The position numbers were made by a program, and so were the translations under genes. The notes under the pieces were generated by a model, which worked only from the letters and a program-made list of their open reading frames with translations, did not search any database and was not told the DNA's origin. From Narcine bancroftii (taxonomy: Eukaryota), in the NCBI RefSeq assembly GCF_036971445.1, contig NC_091477.1, positions 23,932,001-23,996,000 on the forward strand: a DNA stretch of 64,000 nt. Reading direction: 5' to 3'. Positions 51,321-64,000 of this stretch are shown here, piece by piece. Position 1 is the first letter of the stretch; the number at the start of each line of letters is the position of its first letter.

Positions 51321-51439
51321 GTTGCAGCTGGATCTTGATGTGTAGGGTTGAAGGTTTGCTTGGGCTATTGGGGAGATTTTAAACTAGTTTGGCAGGGGAA
51401 TGGGAACCAAAGTATGAGTACAGAGAATGTGAAAATGTG

Positions 51440-52295
51440 GAAGTTTGATGCTGAGACATGACTTCTCTGTAGGAAGATTATGCCTTCATGACTTCTGGAG
51501 GGCAATTGTCCACAATCCTGATGGTCTGGGAATGAAACTGTAAAGTCCATCTGTGTTGAGGTTCTCTTAAAAGTAAGTCTTTAATTTGGAACTGGTGCAG
51601 ACAAAGGACAATCAATCAGGATTTCTTGCCAGGAACAGGTTTGCGAATAAATGAACAGTATGCTCTGCCAATTTTGGGAAGAGTTGGCAGTACGTCTTTC
51701 CCAAAGACCTCACAGAGAAACTCCATGAAGAATTTTGAGTCCCAACTCAGTCCATTCATCCCAACCAATAATTCTCAAATTATTCTGCCTGCTCCTCATT
51801 TCCATGTCTTCGATTTTTTTCAATAGCAGATCATTAGATTTCTTCACTTCAAAATTGTCCCTTTGAAGATCATTCAGCACAGAATCATGAACTTCCAAAA
51901 CTTTCTTCATAGCCTGAATTTTGGAGTCGTGCTCCTTGCTTGATGGGTTTGTAATTCCTTCATAGTTCCAGCAACTTGGATGAGAGTAGCTTTCATATCT
52001 TTAGCATCCTTTTTGAAGTCTTTGAAATCCTTACCTAAGTCCTTAATATATTTCAGCAGAGATGAAAAATCTTTCTCAGAAGAGGGTTCTTCCTCCTTTT
52101 TCCCAGCTTTTGCACCTTTTGTAGTGATTGTAGACATCATAAATAAGTGTAGCACAAGTTGGAGGTAAAGGAGGAATTAAAAATTTAAATGAACACCAAA
52201 TTAGAGACAAAGTGGCTTGAAAAGTAAAGTGTGGGACCTATAAGAGTTGGGAGCAACTAGTAATCCTTGTAACTCCATTGGCCACCACCAGGGAA
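51440..52295 (-). mobile_element. L1-clade 5' UTR and ORF1 remnant
   Basis: Coiled-coil followed by KIEDMEMRSRQNNLRIIG, an L1 ORF1p (Transposase_22-type) motif; broken by frameshifts. Confidence 0.75.
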
Positions 52296-54080
52296 CTCAC
52301 ATTGTACATTATGAAAGTCTTCCCTGATTTCAAGGCAGTTCGTGAAGCGTAACTCAGTGTAGGTGACACCTACGATAATGACTGATGGATAAACAATCTG
52401 AAGATTTAGAACACTTGGAAATAATGTGGGTGATTTTCATTGGCATTTATTGTGGGCTATGTCATGTAAATAAATTACAAATATGCAGAATAAAAATGTT
52501 TACAAGATTAATCTGTTGATAAACCTAAAAACTGTATGAGGAATGATGAACTATCTATTAACATTATAAACAGCCATAAAGAATTTACCATTGATCAGTT
52601 TCCAAGGACATTTAAAACAATGTTCTTCCCTGTGATCTTTCCTTACCTAAATTACTTTGTACTCCTGATGGTCGTGCCAGCCCTGTAGCATAGAAATAGA
52701 TCACATAATTTATAGCGGGCAAGGTCCATTCATCTTGTAACTCTTTAGAGTTGTCTTGGATGCTTGTCTTATCATACAAATATTTTGTTTGCACTGAATT
52801 TGTTTCTGAACTAAATGTGCTTGTGAAGCAATCCTTGATATAGAAGTGTCTTTTGAGTTGAGATGTGTACCTCAAAGCAGTTCTCCTTTTGGGAAATAAT
52901 TTATTGTAAATAAAGTCTAATTTTGGTTTTAAGAAATGTGCTTGATTCTGAGCATTCTAAATACTCCCATGCAATCTGACTGTGAGGCACGAGAGAAGTT
53001 TGTGGTTATGTTGGGGCAGGGCTGCCTCTGCTGTGTGGATATGTCTTTATTATACCATGAAATGGGTTTCCATTGTCACGTTGCTACCTTTTCTTTCATG
53101 CAGTCAGGGATGTGGGTTTTGCTGGCAGGAGCTGCATCGATTTATCTTTTTTATTGGATGTGTTGTCTTCATTAATCTTTGCAGTTTGCGTGATAAAACT
53201 ACTACCATGGTGTAGTTAGTGAGCGACTTCCAAGATTTCAACCAAGCAATATAAATAAATGACTATATTTTCTCCAAGTCAGGATGGTGTGTGACTTGGG
53301 GGAACTAAAGATGATGTTGTTCACATGTGCTTGCTGTCCTTATCCTCCTGTCGATATCTGAGAGAAGTCCTGGGCAATATCCTGCAGAACACCTATAGCC
53401 ACAGGGAATTGGCAGTGAACATTGTTAACCTCATGAAGGACAGATTGCCAACCAAGAGAGCCCCTCAATATTCTTGTTGTGGGGGATTTGATGATCAATG
53501 CAACTTGCTCCTTTATCTTGGACTCTAATCAAGGAATAGGACATTGCTGGAACTCTTGAAATGCCAATGTTTCTTGCCACTTGCCTGAATGGTGTCAAGC
53601 TCTGCAGAGTACAGACAAGTGATGAGTGATAAATGAAACTGAACATCATCAGTGAACATCCCCATTTCTGAATGCAATTGTTAGAGGAATTGAAGATAGC
53701 TTAACACCATGGGCCTGAGATGATCAGCCTATAACAGACAGGATAACAAAGAATTTTCCTCAATATTCATTGATTGCTGATCATTAATATTGCTGTCAAT
53801 TGCCCAGTCCATCATTTTGTAAATGAGTAAGGATAGTTTAAACACATTTTCCTGCTTATTGTGTACAAATCCACCTGCAGTTTTCAGCCTTAAGTTGTGG
53901 TAGATGCATTGGAATAGCTTGCCTAGGCACAAGGCTAACTTCAGGACGGCTGTCTTCAACAATGCAGAATGTCTTTGCTGTAGAGTAAAATAAATTGACC
54001 GAACACTAGCTTTTGTGAGTTTGGAGAACTCTAGAAAACACAAAAATAGATAATTCCCTCAGTACTTCTGATTATCTTCT

Positions 54081-55369
54081 ATTGCCAGTAGCACTTACAT
54101 CAACAGTGATGAAGTGTTTTGAAAGCCTGGTGATGAAGCAGATCAGCTCCTGTCTGAATGGTGATATGGATCCATTCCAGTTCACCTATCGTAGTAACAG
54201 GTCTACAGCAGATACCATCTCACTGGCTTTACACTAAGCCCTGGAACACCTGGACAGTGAAGGATGCTCATTATCGACTACAGTTCAGCATCATCCCCTC
54301 AAAACTGATCAGCAAACTCTAAGACCTGGGACTCAACAACCCACCATGTAATTGGATCTTGGATTTCCTCACCACCAGGCCACAAATAGTGGGGATTGGT
54401 ATGAACATCTCCTACACAATCTCCATCAGTACCAGTACACCACAGAACTGTGTTCTTAGCTCCTTGCTCTACTTACTTTACATCTATGACTGCATGGGTC
54501 AGAATGACAATAACACCATTTACAAATTAGCTGACAATACCACAGTAATGGGTTGTATAAAGAAAGATGATAAGTCAGCTTACAGGAGGGAGATTGAAAT
54601 CTTAGATGGTGCACCAACAAAACCTTGCACTCAATATCACCGAAACTAAGGAGCTGATTGTTGACTTCAGGAAGGAAAGCCAGAGGTATACAATCCAGTG
54701 ATCATTGGGGATCAGAGGTGGAGAGGGTGAGCAAATTTAAATTTTTGAGGGTCGCTATCTTGGAGGAACTTTCCTGGACCCAACACACTAATGACATCAT
54801 GAAGAAAGAACGTCAGTGCCTCTACTTACTCAGGAGTTTACAGAGGCTTGGTATGACACCAGAAAGTCTGGCAAATTTCTACAGATGAGTGTAAAGCCCT
54901 GCAAAAGATAGCGGACACAACCCAAGATGTCACAGATAAAACCCTCCCAACTATCAAGAACATCTACAGGGAACACTGTTGTTGGAGAGCAACAGCATTC
55001 ATCAAGGATCCACACCACCCAGTACACACTCTGTTCTCACTGTGCCATCATGAAAGAGGTATCGGTGCCACAAGACTTGCTCCACCAGGTTCAGGAACAG
55101 CTGCTCCCCCTCCACCGATCACTCCTCAACAATAAACTCAATCAGGGTCTCATTTAAGGACTCTTATTTATGCACTTTATTTATTTTTTATTCTCCCTGC
55201 ATGCACAGTCTGTTTGTTTACATTTGTTATCTGTTTACATGTATACACTGTTCAACAGTTTTTTTTTCCACTTCCAATAAGAGGTAAATCTGCCTCACCT
55301 GCAGAAAAAATAATCTCAGCATTGTATGTGATGTCATGCACGTACTCTGACAATAAATCTGAAATCTGA
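54081..55369 (+). mobile_element. decayed Rex1/Babar non-LTR retrotransposon
   Basis: [54 protein letters not shown]; tail CAATAAATCTGAAATCTGA. Confidence 0.9.
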
Positions 55370-55774
55370 TCATTCTTGGCATTTTTTTCTAAAAATTCAT
55401 CCCAAACTCTTATTATCAAGGTTGAAGATTCTCATAAAATATTATCCTTAATTGATTAAAATATCATCCTTAGTTGGTTAATTATTCATCACCATATATG
55501 TCCAGATGTGGCTGTTCTGAAAAGCCTGAAGCCACTAGTTAAGAGATCCCTGTACTTGGTTTCAGCTACTTAATTAATTTGTTTTCCTACATTGTCATTT
55601 TATTTGAAGAATTGCTTGGTGTTGATTTTGACACAGAACTTTTACTAGTCCTGGTTCGATAGTTAGTGGTAGACTCGATATCTGTGGCATTTCTTTGCAG
55701 CGCACAATGGATGATTTTTAATGTTGCTGTTGATTGCCTCAAAGATGCCCAAACCAACCAAAAGTTCAATTGAT

Positions 55775-56060
55775 GTAACAACTTTCACATCCATCACAAA
55801 CTTGCCAAAGTACTTTAAAGCCATTGAACCTTCCAAAAACAATCACTCTTATAACATTTGAAACACGATGGCCAGTTTTTACATAAGGCTTTTCTGCCAA
55901 TAGTTGTGCAATGGTAAACAAATCTTATATCTTAGTAATTTTGAGTGAGACATAAATATTAGCCAGGGTACCAGATAAAACTGCTTTGTTCATCAAAATA
56001 ATCCTATGGAATCTTTTGGACTGACACAGGAAACAGGCCTCATGTTAACATTTTAGCATA
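55775..56060 (-). mobile_element. ancient Deu-domain SINE (SacSINE1/AmnSINE-like)
   Basis: ATAAATATTAGCCAGG...TCAAAATAATCCTATGGAATC is a reverse-complement homolog of the core at about 49300-49360. Confidence 0.55.
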
Positions 56061-57289
56061 AAGAGATTTTGAAACAATTATCAGATAGGACCTCAGGAGC
56101 CAGTGCAGTTGTGCAAGTGACAAGGAAAGTTTTCTACTCGTCCTTATCTGATAATAACACTGAATTAAAATACTAGTGTCTTGCATCTTGAGGAACATTA
56201 CGACGGTTGAATGACATTTTAACAGGGGCATGATCAGATATTACAATTCAGTGGTATTCACAAATATGAGTTAATGAAATGATTATCAATAAAAAATGAG
56301 CAATATGTGAGTAAGTGTGATGAAAAGGGGAAAAAAGGATATTCTCTATTGGTATGATAAAAGAAACACCAAATTTCTGAAATTCCATAATCTGATAGAA
56401 AAGAATGTAGGGCAGATTTATTTCATGTAGTCAGGGTTAAAAGATGAACGATCCAGAATAGAGTCAAACCAACAGTTGAAATACCTGCCTAGAATATTAG
56501 TATAAACTTAAATCCTGCAAGAAAGTTTAAAATAAAAACCTGGATCATCAACATTGGGAGCATAAACATTTACGAAAACTACCATTTTATCATATAATTT
56601 CCCTGAAACAATAACAAACTGATTGTTAGAATCTGAAACAACATTATGTATACTAAAAGGAATATTCTGATTAATCAGAGTTGATGCACCTCTAGATTTA
56701 GCTTGAAAGGAAGAATGATATTGCTGAACCCTCCACTATGTCATCAGGCATGAAGCATCACTTTCACGCATATGTGTCTCTTATAAAAATATAATTGAAC
56801 CTTTAAGTTATTTTAAATGTGAAGCCACCTTCCTTCATTTTACTGGATGATTTAAACCTCTCACATTCTAACTCAGTAACTTAGTAGGATAAGCCATGAT
56901 CACTCAATTATATATACACTAAGAGTAAAACTAATTTCAGAAATCCCAATGCACATGTGCAAAGCCAAGTTCATGCAGTATGCACAAAGACCTCTGGCCT
57001 GCAGATATTCATAGCAAATCAAAATAAGCCATGTTTAGTGTGAATATATCAAACATCAAAAAAAAATTAAACATGAGAATAATGTTTAAAAAGCAGGATA
57101 TATAAAATAAATTTTTATCCCATTTTAATAAAGTAGGCCTATTCGTAAATAGAATCAAAATGTGTTGAATTCTTTTCCTAACCACTCCAGATTAATTCAG
57201 CTCACAATAGCAATGCTTTGTCTGTAAAAACTCTAAAAACAAATGAATGAACCTTTAACATTAAATTCAATCCTCATTTCAAAGCAGTC

Positions 57290-58240
57290 AACAGAAAAAA
57301 AATGTCAGTCAGGAATGGATAGATTGTGAATGAACTCCCTAGCATCTTCCACTGAAACAAACCATTTCTTACTCCCATTGGAGAGAGGCGTTCTAAGACA
57401 TGCTGGAAACAGCAGTGAAGGCTTCAACCCCTGTTGATATTACTCTGACATAACTTCCCTGTAGATGGCCCATTTTTTCATAGTTTCAGGAGCTTAATCT
57501 TCCACGATTCCAAATATTTTGCCGTGGTATTGCAAGGTAGGACAGACTTCACAAATCATCAATTCCTTCATTTGATAATGATGAGGGTGTATAACAACAG
57601 AATGTGGGTTTTTTTTAGGCTTAGGCAATAATGATTGGTGTGCTCTATCAAGCTCAGGTGGTGTCAGAAATAACACATCTCCAAACACTATTGCCAACAA
57701 ATCAGTGAAAAATTTAGTAAGCACACCAGACTCAGTATCTTCAGCCAAGCCTACAATGCACAGATTTTGTTGCCTACTTTGTCTTTCCATATCAGTAATT
57801 CTAGTCATTAGCCTCTCATTATTGTCTTCCAGGTGGCAGACCCATTCATTCATTTCCTTTAACCCAGATTCTGCTCAGGTCAAACGCTCACTTTGTTTTT
57901 CTATGGAATCACAGATCTGTGCAAATTGCTTTTCCAGTGCCAAAAGCCTTTAATCTAAATGTTTAAATCCTGCATCAAAAGATTGTTTAATTTGTTCAAA
58001 TACATCTGAAGAACTCTCAGCCATCAGGTTTTCCATTGGAATAGGCAGAATGTTTTGTTCCTTTCCATTTTTCACACTTTTAGCAGCCTTTCCAGCTCTT
58101 GTATTCATTTCAAATATAGAATATGCTATTCGACACCAATTCAAAAGTTTCAAGAACAGTAAACAGGGGAAAATGTATACGGAAGGGGTGGAGCTATGAT
58201 AAGCATGTCTAGTCCATACCACAATCTAACTGGAGGTCCT
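57290..58240 (-). mobile_element. L1-clade 5' UTR and ORF1 remnant
   Basis: RITDMERQSRQQNLCIVGLAEDTE...PPELDRAHQS..PKP..VVI..HHYQMKE; L1 ORF1p RRM-region motifs. Confidence 0.8.
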
Positions 58241-59309
58241 GTTGGCTACCTTCACAAAAATCAATGACCAGCTGTTCAGATCATTTATCTAATATCTTCT
58301 GTACTAGGTATCCAACCATGATGAGACCTTATGCTACTTTATTTATCATCCAGTTCTTGATGCACCTCACCTCAGCCTGACATTGTATGAGTGAGGAATT
58401 TAGACAAAAGTTCTTTGTGTATAAAATGAAGTGCAGACGTGACTTTGTTACAAGACAGTAATACACTCTAAGGGATCTAATGATGTAATAAATCAGAAGG
58501 CCAGCAAGATACATTTATAAAGCCCACAACAATTTTGGAGTGATTTACTACATGACATTTGAGATTCTTTTCTCATTAATATATACTGTATGTACTTGTT
58601 TAAGCAACATTAGTTCTTTATGTTTGGGCACTTTTAGACTCATCATGGTCAGTACTGGCAAACACAATATTTCCAGTGGCAAAATTAATCCTGAGCCTAA
58701 CTTGAGACTGAATAAATTTCTTTGATTAATTCTGTTTTTTATGTCAATGTTTGCATTGGTAATGAGATAGGAGGCCAGCAATAGGTTTGTCCTAAAGGAA
58801 GTTTATTGAATGGTTGTTTGTGACAAGATAGTTGGGACTCTTAGTGAGTGGACTGACTTTGATGGATTTCCCATCTGAGCTTGTCTCGGTAAGTTCAGGC
58901 AAACTTTTCAGTGGGCTGTCCTCTCCCCTCTATGCTTGTTGCTCATGCGTTAGTGGTTAAGATCAAGTCTGCCATGACATTGAGACCATGGAGAAAGCAA
59001 AAGTTGACGACAAATGTGGAAGCCCATCCAATGATGAACTGCAATGCTCCTCTAAAAATATCCAGGCCGAAGAAATGTCAATATAGCATGCTGCCCATCA
59101 ACTAAATGATAAACCTAATGTCTACTTTGCTTTTCACCATAGTGCATTGCCTACATAGTAAGCTATAACCTGGCAGCATCACCTTTTCATGCATTAACTA
59201 GCATGCAACTGAGGACACAATTGTATTACATGGGAAGCAAAAAAGTTTCCAAAAAAAATTCACACAAGTCTATAGCTTGTAGTTTGTGTCAAATTATTTT
59301 TGATACCTC

Positions 59310-60180
59310 AAGGATGTGTGTTTAGCCCTCTGCTCTACTCACTCTATGCCATGACTGTGTGGCCAGGCACAATTCCAATGCTATCTACAAATTTGCCGAT
59401 GTCATCACGGTTGTCGGCAGAATCACAAATGGCAATGAGGAAACGTACTGGAGGAGGTAGATCAGCTCATTGAGTGGTATCACACCAACCACCTTGCATT
59501 CAGTGTTTGTAAAACTAAGGAGACGTCAGGAGAAAGTTAGCAGAACACGAACCCATGCTTATTGAGGACTCAGTAGTGGAGAAGGTCAAGAACTTCAAAT
59601 TCCGAGGTGTTACCATCTCTGAGCATCTGGCCTAGAACCTTCATGTCAACGCAATCATGAAGAAGGCTTACTAGTTGCTATACTTTGTTAGGTGTTTGAG
59701 GAGATTTGGTAAGTCACTGAAGACTCCAGAGAACTTATATAGGTGTACTGCGGAGACCATTCTGGCTAGTTACATCACTGTCTTATACCAAAGGACAGGA
59801 TAAAACTCCAGACGGTTTTTAACTCAACCTGAGATCACAGGCACCAGGCTTCACTCCATTGAGGACATCTACAAGAGACAGTGTTTTAAAAAAACCAGAC
59901 TCCATCCTCAAGGACCCTTACCATCCAGGCCATGCCCTCTTCACTCTGCTACCACCATAAAAAATGTACAGGGGCCTGAAGATGACACTCAGTGGCACAA
60001 GGACAGCCATCAGTGCCATCAGATTCCTGAATGAACCACAGACACTGTCTTACTATAACTTTTTCTTTCACTGTGTTTTTTATTTATTTTGCAAGGTAGT
60101 TTATATAAATGTTTGCCCTGTGATGCTGCCACAAAAAAATGAATTTTGTGACATATGCATTGTAATAAATTCTGATTCTC
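59310..60180 (+). mobile_element. decayed Rex1/Babar element (different subfamily)
   Basis: CCTCAAGGATGTGTG..CATGACTGTGTGGCC..TACAAATTTGCCGAT (PQGCV, HDCVA, YKFAD); tail AATAAATTCTGATTCT. Confidence 0.85.
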
Positions 60181-60316
60181 AAGTCTATGTTGCCTAATAT
60201 TTAGCTCCATAATATTTAGTTTGAATATTCTATCTTGTGGTGTGATGATCCTAAATGTTTGAAAAATTAACCAGTATTCCTTGTCTTATATAGTTAATTA
60301 CATTATGCATAAGGTA

Positions 60317-60653
60317 AAAAGGTACAAGGACTGCCTAAAGAAATCTCTTGGTGCCTGCCACATTGACCACCGCCAGTGGGCTGATATCGCCTCAAACCGT
60401 GCATCTTGGCGCCTCACAGTTTGGCGGGCAGCAACCTCCTTTGAAGAAGACCGCAGAGCCCACCTCACTGACAAAAGGCAAAGGAGGAAAAACCCAACAC
60501 CCAACCCCAACTAGCCAATTTTCCCCTGCAACCGCTGCAACCGTGTCTGCCTGTCCCGCATCGGACTTGTCAGCCACAAACGAGCCTGCAGCTGACGTGG
60601 ACATTTACCCCCTCCATAAATCTTCGTCCGCGAAGCCAAACCAAAGAAGAAGA
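60317..60653 (+). mobile_element. RTE-clade LINE, short 3' fragment (young)
   Basis: Near-identical to 20930-21262, with one premature stop at 60512-60514; tail AAAGAAGAAGA. Confidence 0.95.
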
Positions 60654-63600
60654 CATTGTATATGATACTGAATGATCTTTTGCTTTTCTCCAAGCACCCT
60701 GCTTTCACTAGCCTTGTATCATCTGCAGACCATTCATAACATCTATGTTCCCAGAACTCTTCCCAACGGAAGAATATTGTTTGTCACTCTATAATTAACA
60801 CTACTGAGACTGCTCTCCTTTTCAATGTGTAACTGAGTCAGATTAATGTCAATTCTCATTTTTTCCAATAATTCTCACTAATTGTAAGTATGCTATGACA
60901 TAACTTATGACATCCTTGCCAAAATATTAAAATTGATACTTTCTGAATGCCCATCAGTGGACAAGAAACTTCTTGCCTGACTACTTTGGAGATGCGGTAA
61001 GAATAATTCTTCACTGTTCATTAGTGATCAGCCAATTTTCATAAGATGAGAAAAATCCACCAAAAAAAATCTCTTTATCTTCATTCACCATGTCCTGAAA
61101 AAATTTCAATAACTGTCTCTATTTAACTTGAATGATTGATTTACCATTGTTAACTGCACTAGATTGATTCCTTAATGTTTTCCATTCTACAAATGTCAAT
61201 CTAATAACATTACAATGATTTAAATCATATTTATGATGCTTTTATGTATAAAAGATAATGGGAATCCCTAGCTATTATCCCCATTTTCAGTGCCTATATC
61301 ACTGCATCCACAAATATCTGATACTGATTTTATTGCCCATTTAGGCGTTCAAAATACTAGTCCTCAAATAGCAAATGAAAATCAATTCTTTACTCTCAGA
61401 GCTGAGATTATATTCCTAGAGTTCTCGGGTATAATGCATGTCTCACTAGACCTTTTAGTAATCCAAGTCTGCTCATCATCCTGACACATAGAAGCCGATG
61501 AGATGACTATTCTTTGCAAGATTACTAAATCTTAAAAGCCAACCAATAGAATTTTTTTTAAAAAAGAAAAGAAGCTCTGGGGTTGATATTAACCCTACTG
61601 CCTCAACAGAAACCAACTCTAAAGTATTTACTACATCAAATCTCAACCAGATCAACATTATTCCAAATGGATTTGCAGGCAGAAAGCCTCATAAATTAAT
61701 TAAAATTGTGTCCTGCACTGTAGCTTCAATATCCCTGTGCTTGTAACTAGGCCTTAAACTGGTAAGACAATGTGTCCTTTCTGTGGAAAAAAAAGTTTAT
61801 TTTTCTTCTCTTTTACACACAAGAGAAGAAACATCAGAAACTAAGAGTGATTGTTCAGTAAGTAAAATCATTGATCTGAGCAGCAAGGAGATACATATAT
61901 GTATACCCCTCCAAGCCTCAGAAGAGCCCAAGGTATTTATTTTTTAAAAGTGTGTGGTCCTGAATGCATGGGGTCAAGCCCAAAACCTTCAAGACATTCT
62001 TCCCGATGGCAAATATAAATTCATGTGTATGCCCTTATTGTATATTGGCCCTCATTTCTAAAATAACCTCAATCATGAAGTATACTTGAGACGCTATTAT
62101 TTATTTTCAATGGCAAGGATTGCAATGTACTGAAGTTTGTGAACCCACAAACGAAACAATTGTAAGAACTATTTTGAGCACCCAGTAGATCTATAGACCA
62201 GTTTGTTTGCAATGGGTCCTGATGCTTGGACATTTATTATATCAGAAAAACTTGGAAAAAAATTAAAGGTTTGAAAACAAAATCTGATTTTTTTTTCTGC
62301 TACTTTGCAAAAACCTTGTACATAAATCCCTTGAGGAAGAAGCTAATAGTAAAGACGAGTCCACCATTTATTATTCTTATCAAAAAGCAGTGAAGTGTTT
62401 CTCAGGGGAAAACATTTAATCTGGACAAATATTTTCTAGCAGCAAATGGTTAAGGTCAAATGAAGGATATTGATTTGGAACCAGTCAGCCAATCAATCAC
62501 GCTGAGTTTAAAACAGGGTGAGATTCAGCAGGTTCAAGATTGTAGGAAACGTGTGTAATTTTAAGACATAGCCTTCATCTCAGAAAAATTGTGGTATTGC
62601 TCACCTGATTGTGTTAGATTTTCTCTGCTTGCTTTTTTGTTACATATAGTAACTTAGAAATTCACAAGAACATCAAGGGTGAGTATACCTCCTTCAATAC
62701 AATCTGCAAACACAACCTCCATCCAACTCAACAAATTTTTAAATTTTTTTTTCTTTAGCATGAACAATGGGCATAAAGACTCAATGTCAATGAACTGCCC
62801 TAAATACTCAAGTGCATTCTAACTTTTGTGTATTAAATTATAATCACAGTGTTTGCAGAGTTTCTTGTTTAACTGCATTCTAATGGGTTTTTCCAAACAA
62901 TTCTGGCAGTGGGACAATCATTTTCCAACAATCATTTTTGCCTCGAGTTCACCATGATGAATCTCAATAGTGCCAGAGTCACGCCCACTGAAAGAGTTCT
63001 GCATTGGCCCCCAGGCCCAAGGCTGAGTCCTGAAGCTTCAATATGATAAAATGCTGGTGGGCACTTGCTAGTCAGTGCCTGAGGATGTCAATGAACAAAA
63101 TTAGTGAGCATCATTAGTGCAAGGAGAAGTGTGTGGGTGAACAGGCATTGGGGTGAGTTTAGGGTGGTAGAGATATACGTCGCTTATTATGGGTATTGTC
63201 CAGAGGGTTGGCAATTGGTTGGCGAAGGCCAAAGGGATCAAAGTGGAGATTTAAGGATCAGGTATTTGAAATATTGCCTTCCAATCAGGTAATAAAGGGT
63301 TAACTAATGCTAAAAATGCCGAGTCAGACTTAAAGAATGGATCAATATCAATTATGTTCCACTCTAGACAACAATACAATTTATCAATTCAATTCACATC
63401 TATGTTTCTCAATAATGGACTTCTTCCAATGGTCTCTTCACAGCATGGGCTGACACCATTCTCTTCCAGTTAAACCCTAGCAATTGGAATCAATGTTACC
63501 TTAACCCAGCCCAAAGAAACCTCTGCCTTGAGAGGAACTAAGGTTATTTGAGAGATTAATCTTATCACAAATTATATCATCATGTTGTGACCAAGAACAT

Positions 63601-64000
63601 TTTTGCATGATTTTTAAATTGGTTTACAGGTTAAAATTATTCAAAACTTTCTTTTTTTTATTATAGGATATTGTGGGAGAGATCTACTTTGTCTCTGCAT
63701 GGGCATCATTTCAGTCAAGGTTCCAAAGGAGAAAATATTACCTTCCAGGGTAATGCTCTTCCAGTCTCTCTTCAGACAACAAAGATAAATGACACTCTGG
63801 CAACTTTTATATTCTGTACGTTGGAAGTAGCTTACAATTGCAAAATGACAGATGTTGTAATACTGAACGTCATCATGAATCTTCAAAGGAATGGGAGCAC
63901 TTGACAGGTTAAAGATGATAAAATTCTCCTCAGCTGCAATGGCTCTGTCGGCAGTACAAAGAGGACAGAAAAATGGACACTTGTTAAGCTTGCTGGTTTC

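Noticed and set aside
57494-58222. Domesticated L1 ORF1 gene (L1TD1-like)
   Set aside because: Reading frame is broken into pieces by frameshifts and stops
60300-60670. Target-site duplication ACATT... around the short RTE copy
   Set aside because: Similarity collapses after 5 bp, too poor for such a young insertion

Overview
This is eukaryotic, AT-rich, CpG-depleted DNA with no prokaryote-style genes, operons or CRISPR arrays. The repeat content (V-domain tRNA-SINEs, Deu-domain SINEs, CR1, Rex1/Babar, RTE, L1 and Penelope-like elements) points to a cartilaginous fish, probably a ray or shark (inference). The window looks like a large intron or intergenic region. The only long real coding sequence is a young, 5'-truncated RTE-clade LINE (about 18695-21265; one poly-C frameshift), inserted with a target-site duplication into an old CR1; two shorter 3' copies of the same RTE lie at about 5.7 kb and 60.3 kb. 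Other structures are three short solo LTRs with perfect 5-bp TSDs, a Tigger-like MITE, and two orphan L1 5'/ORF1 remnants. The most interesting observations are: (i) Penelope terminal repeats carrying a minimal type I hammerhead-ribozyme-like motif with a variant core; (ii) an ~885-bp G-rich 9-mer minisatellite that visibly grew out of a Rex1 copy; (iii) a ~157-bp Penelope-derived hairpin; and (iv) a few unidentified candidate exons and conserved-noncoding-like blocks. I found no evidence for a novel multi-gene system. Family names come from motif recognition only, and repeat boundaries are approximate unless a TSD is quoted.
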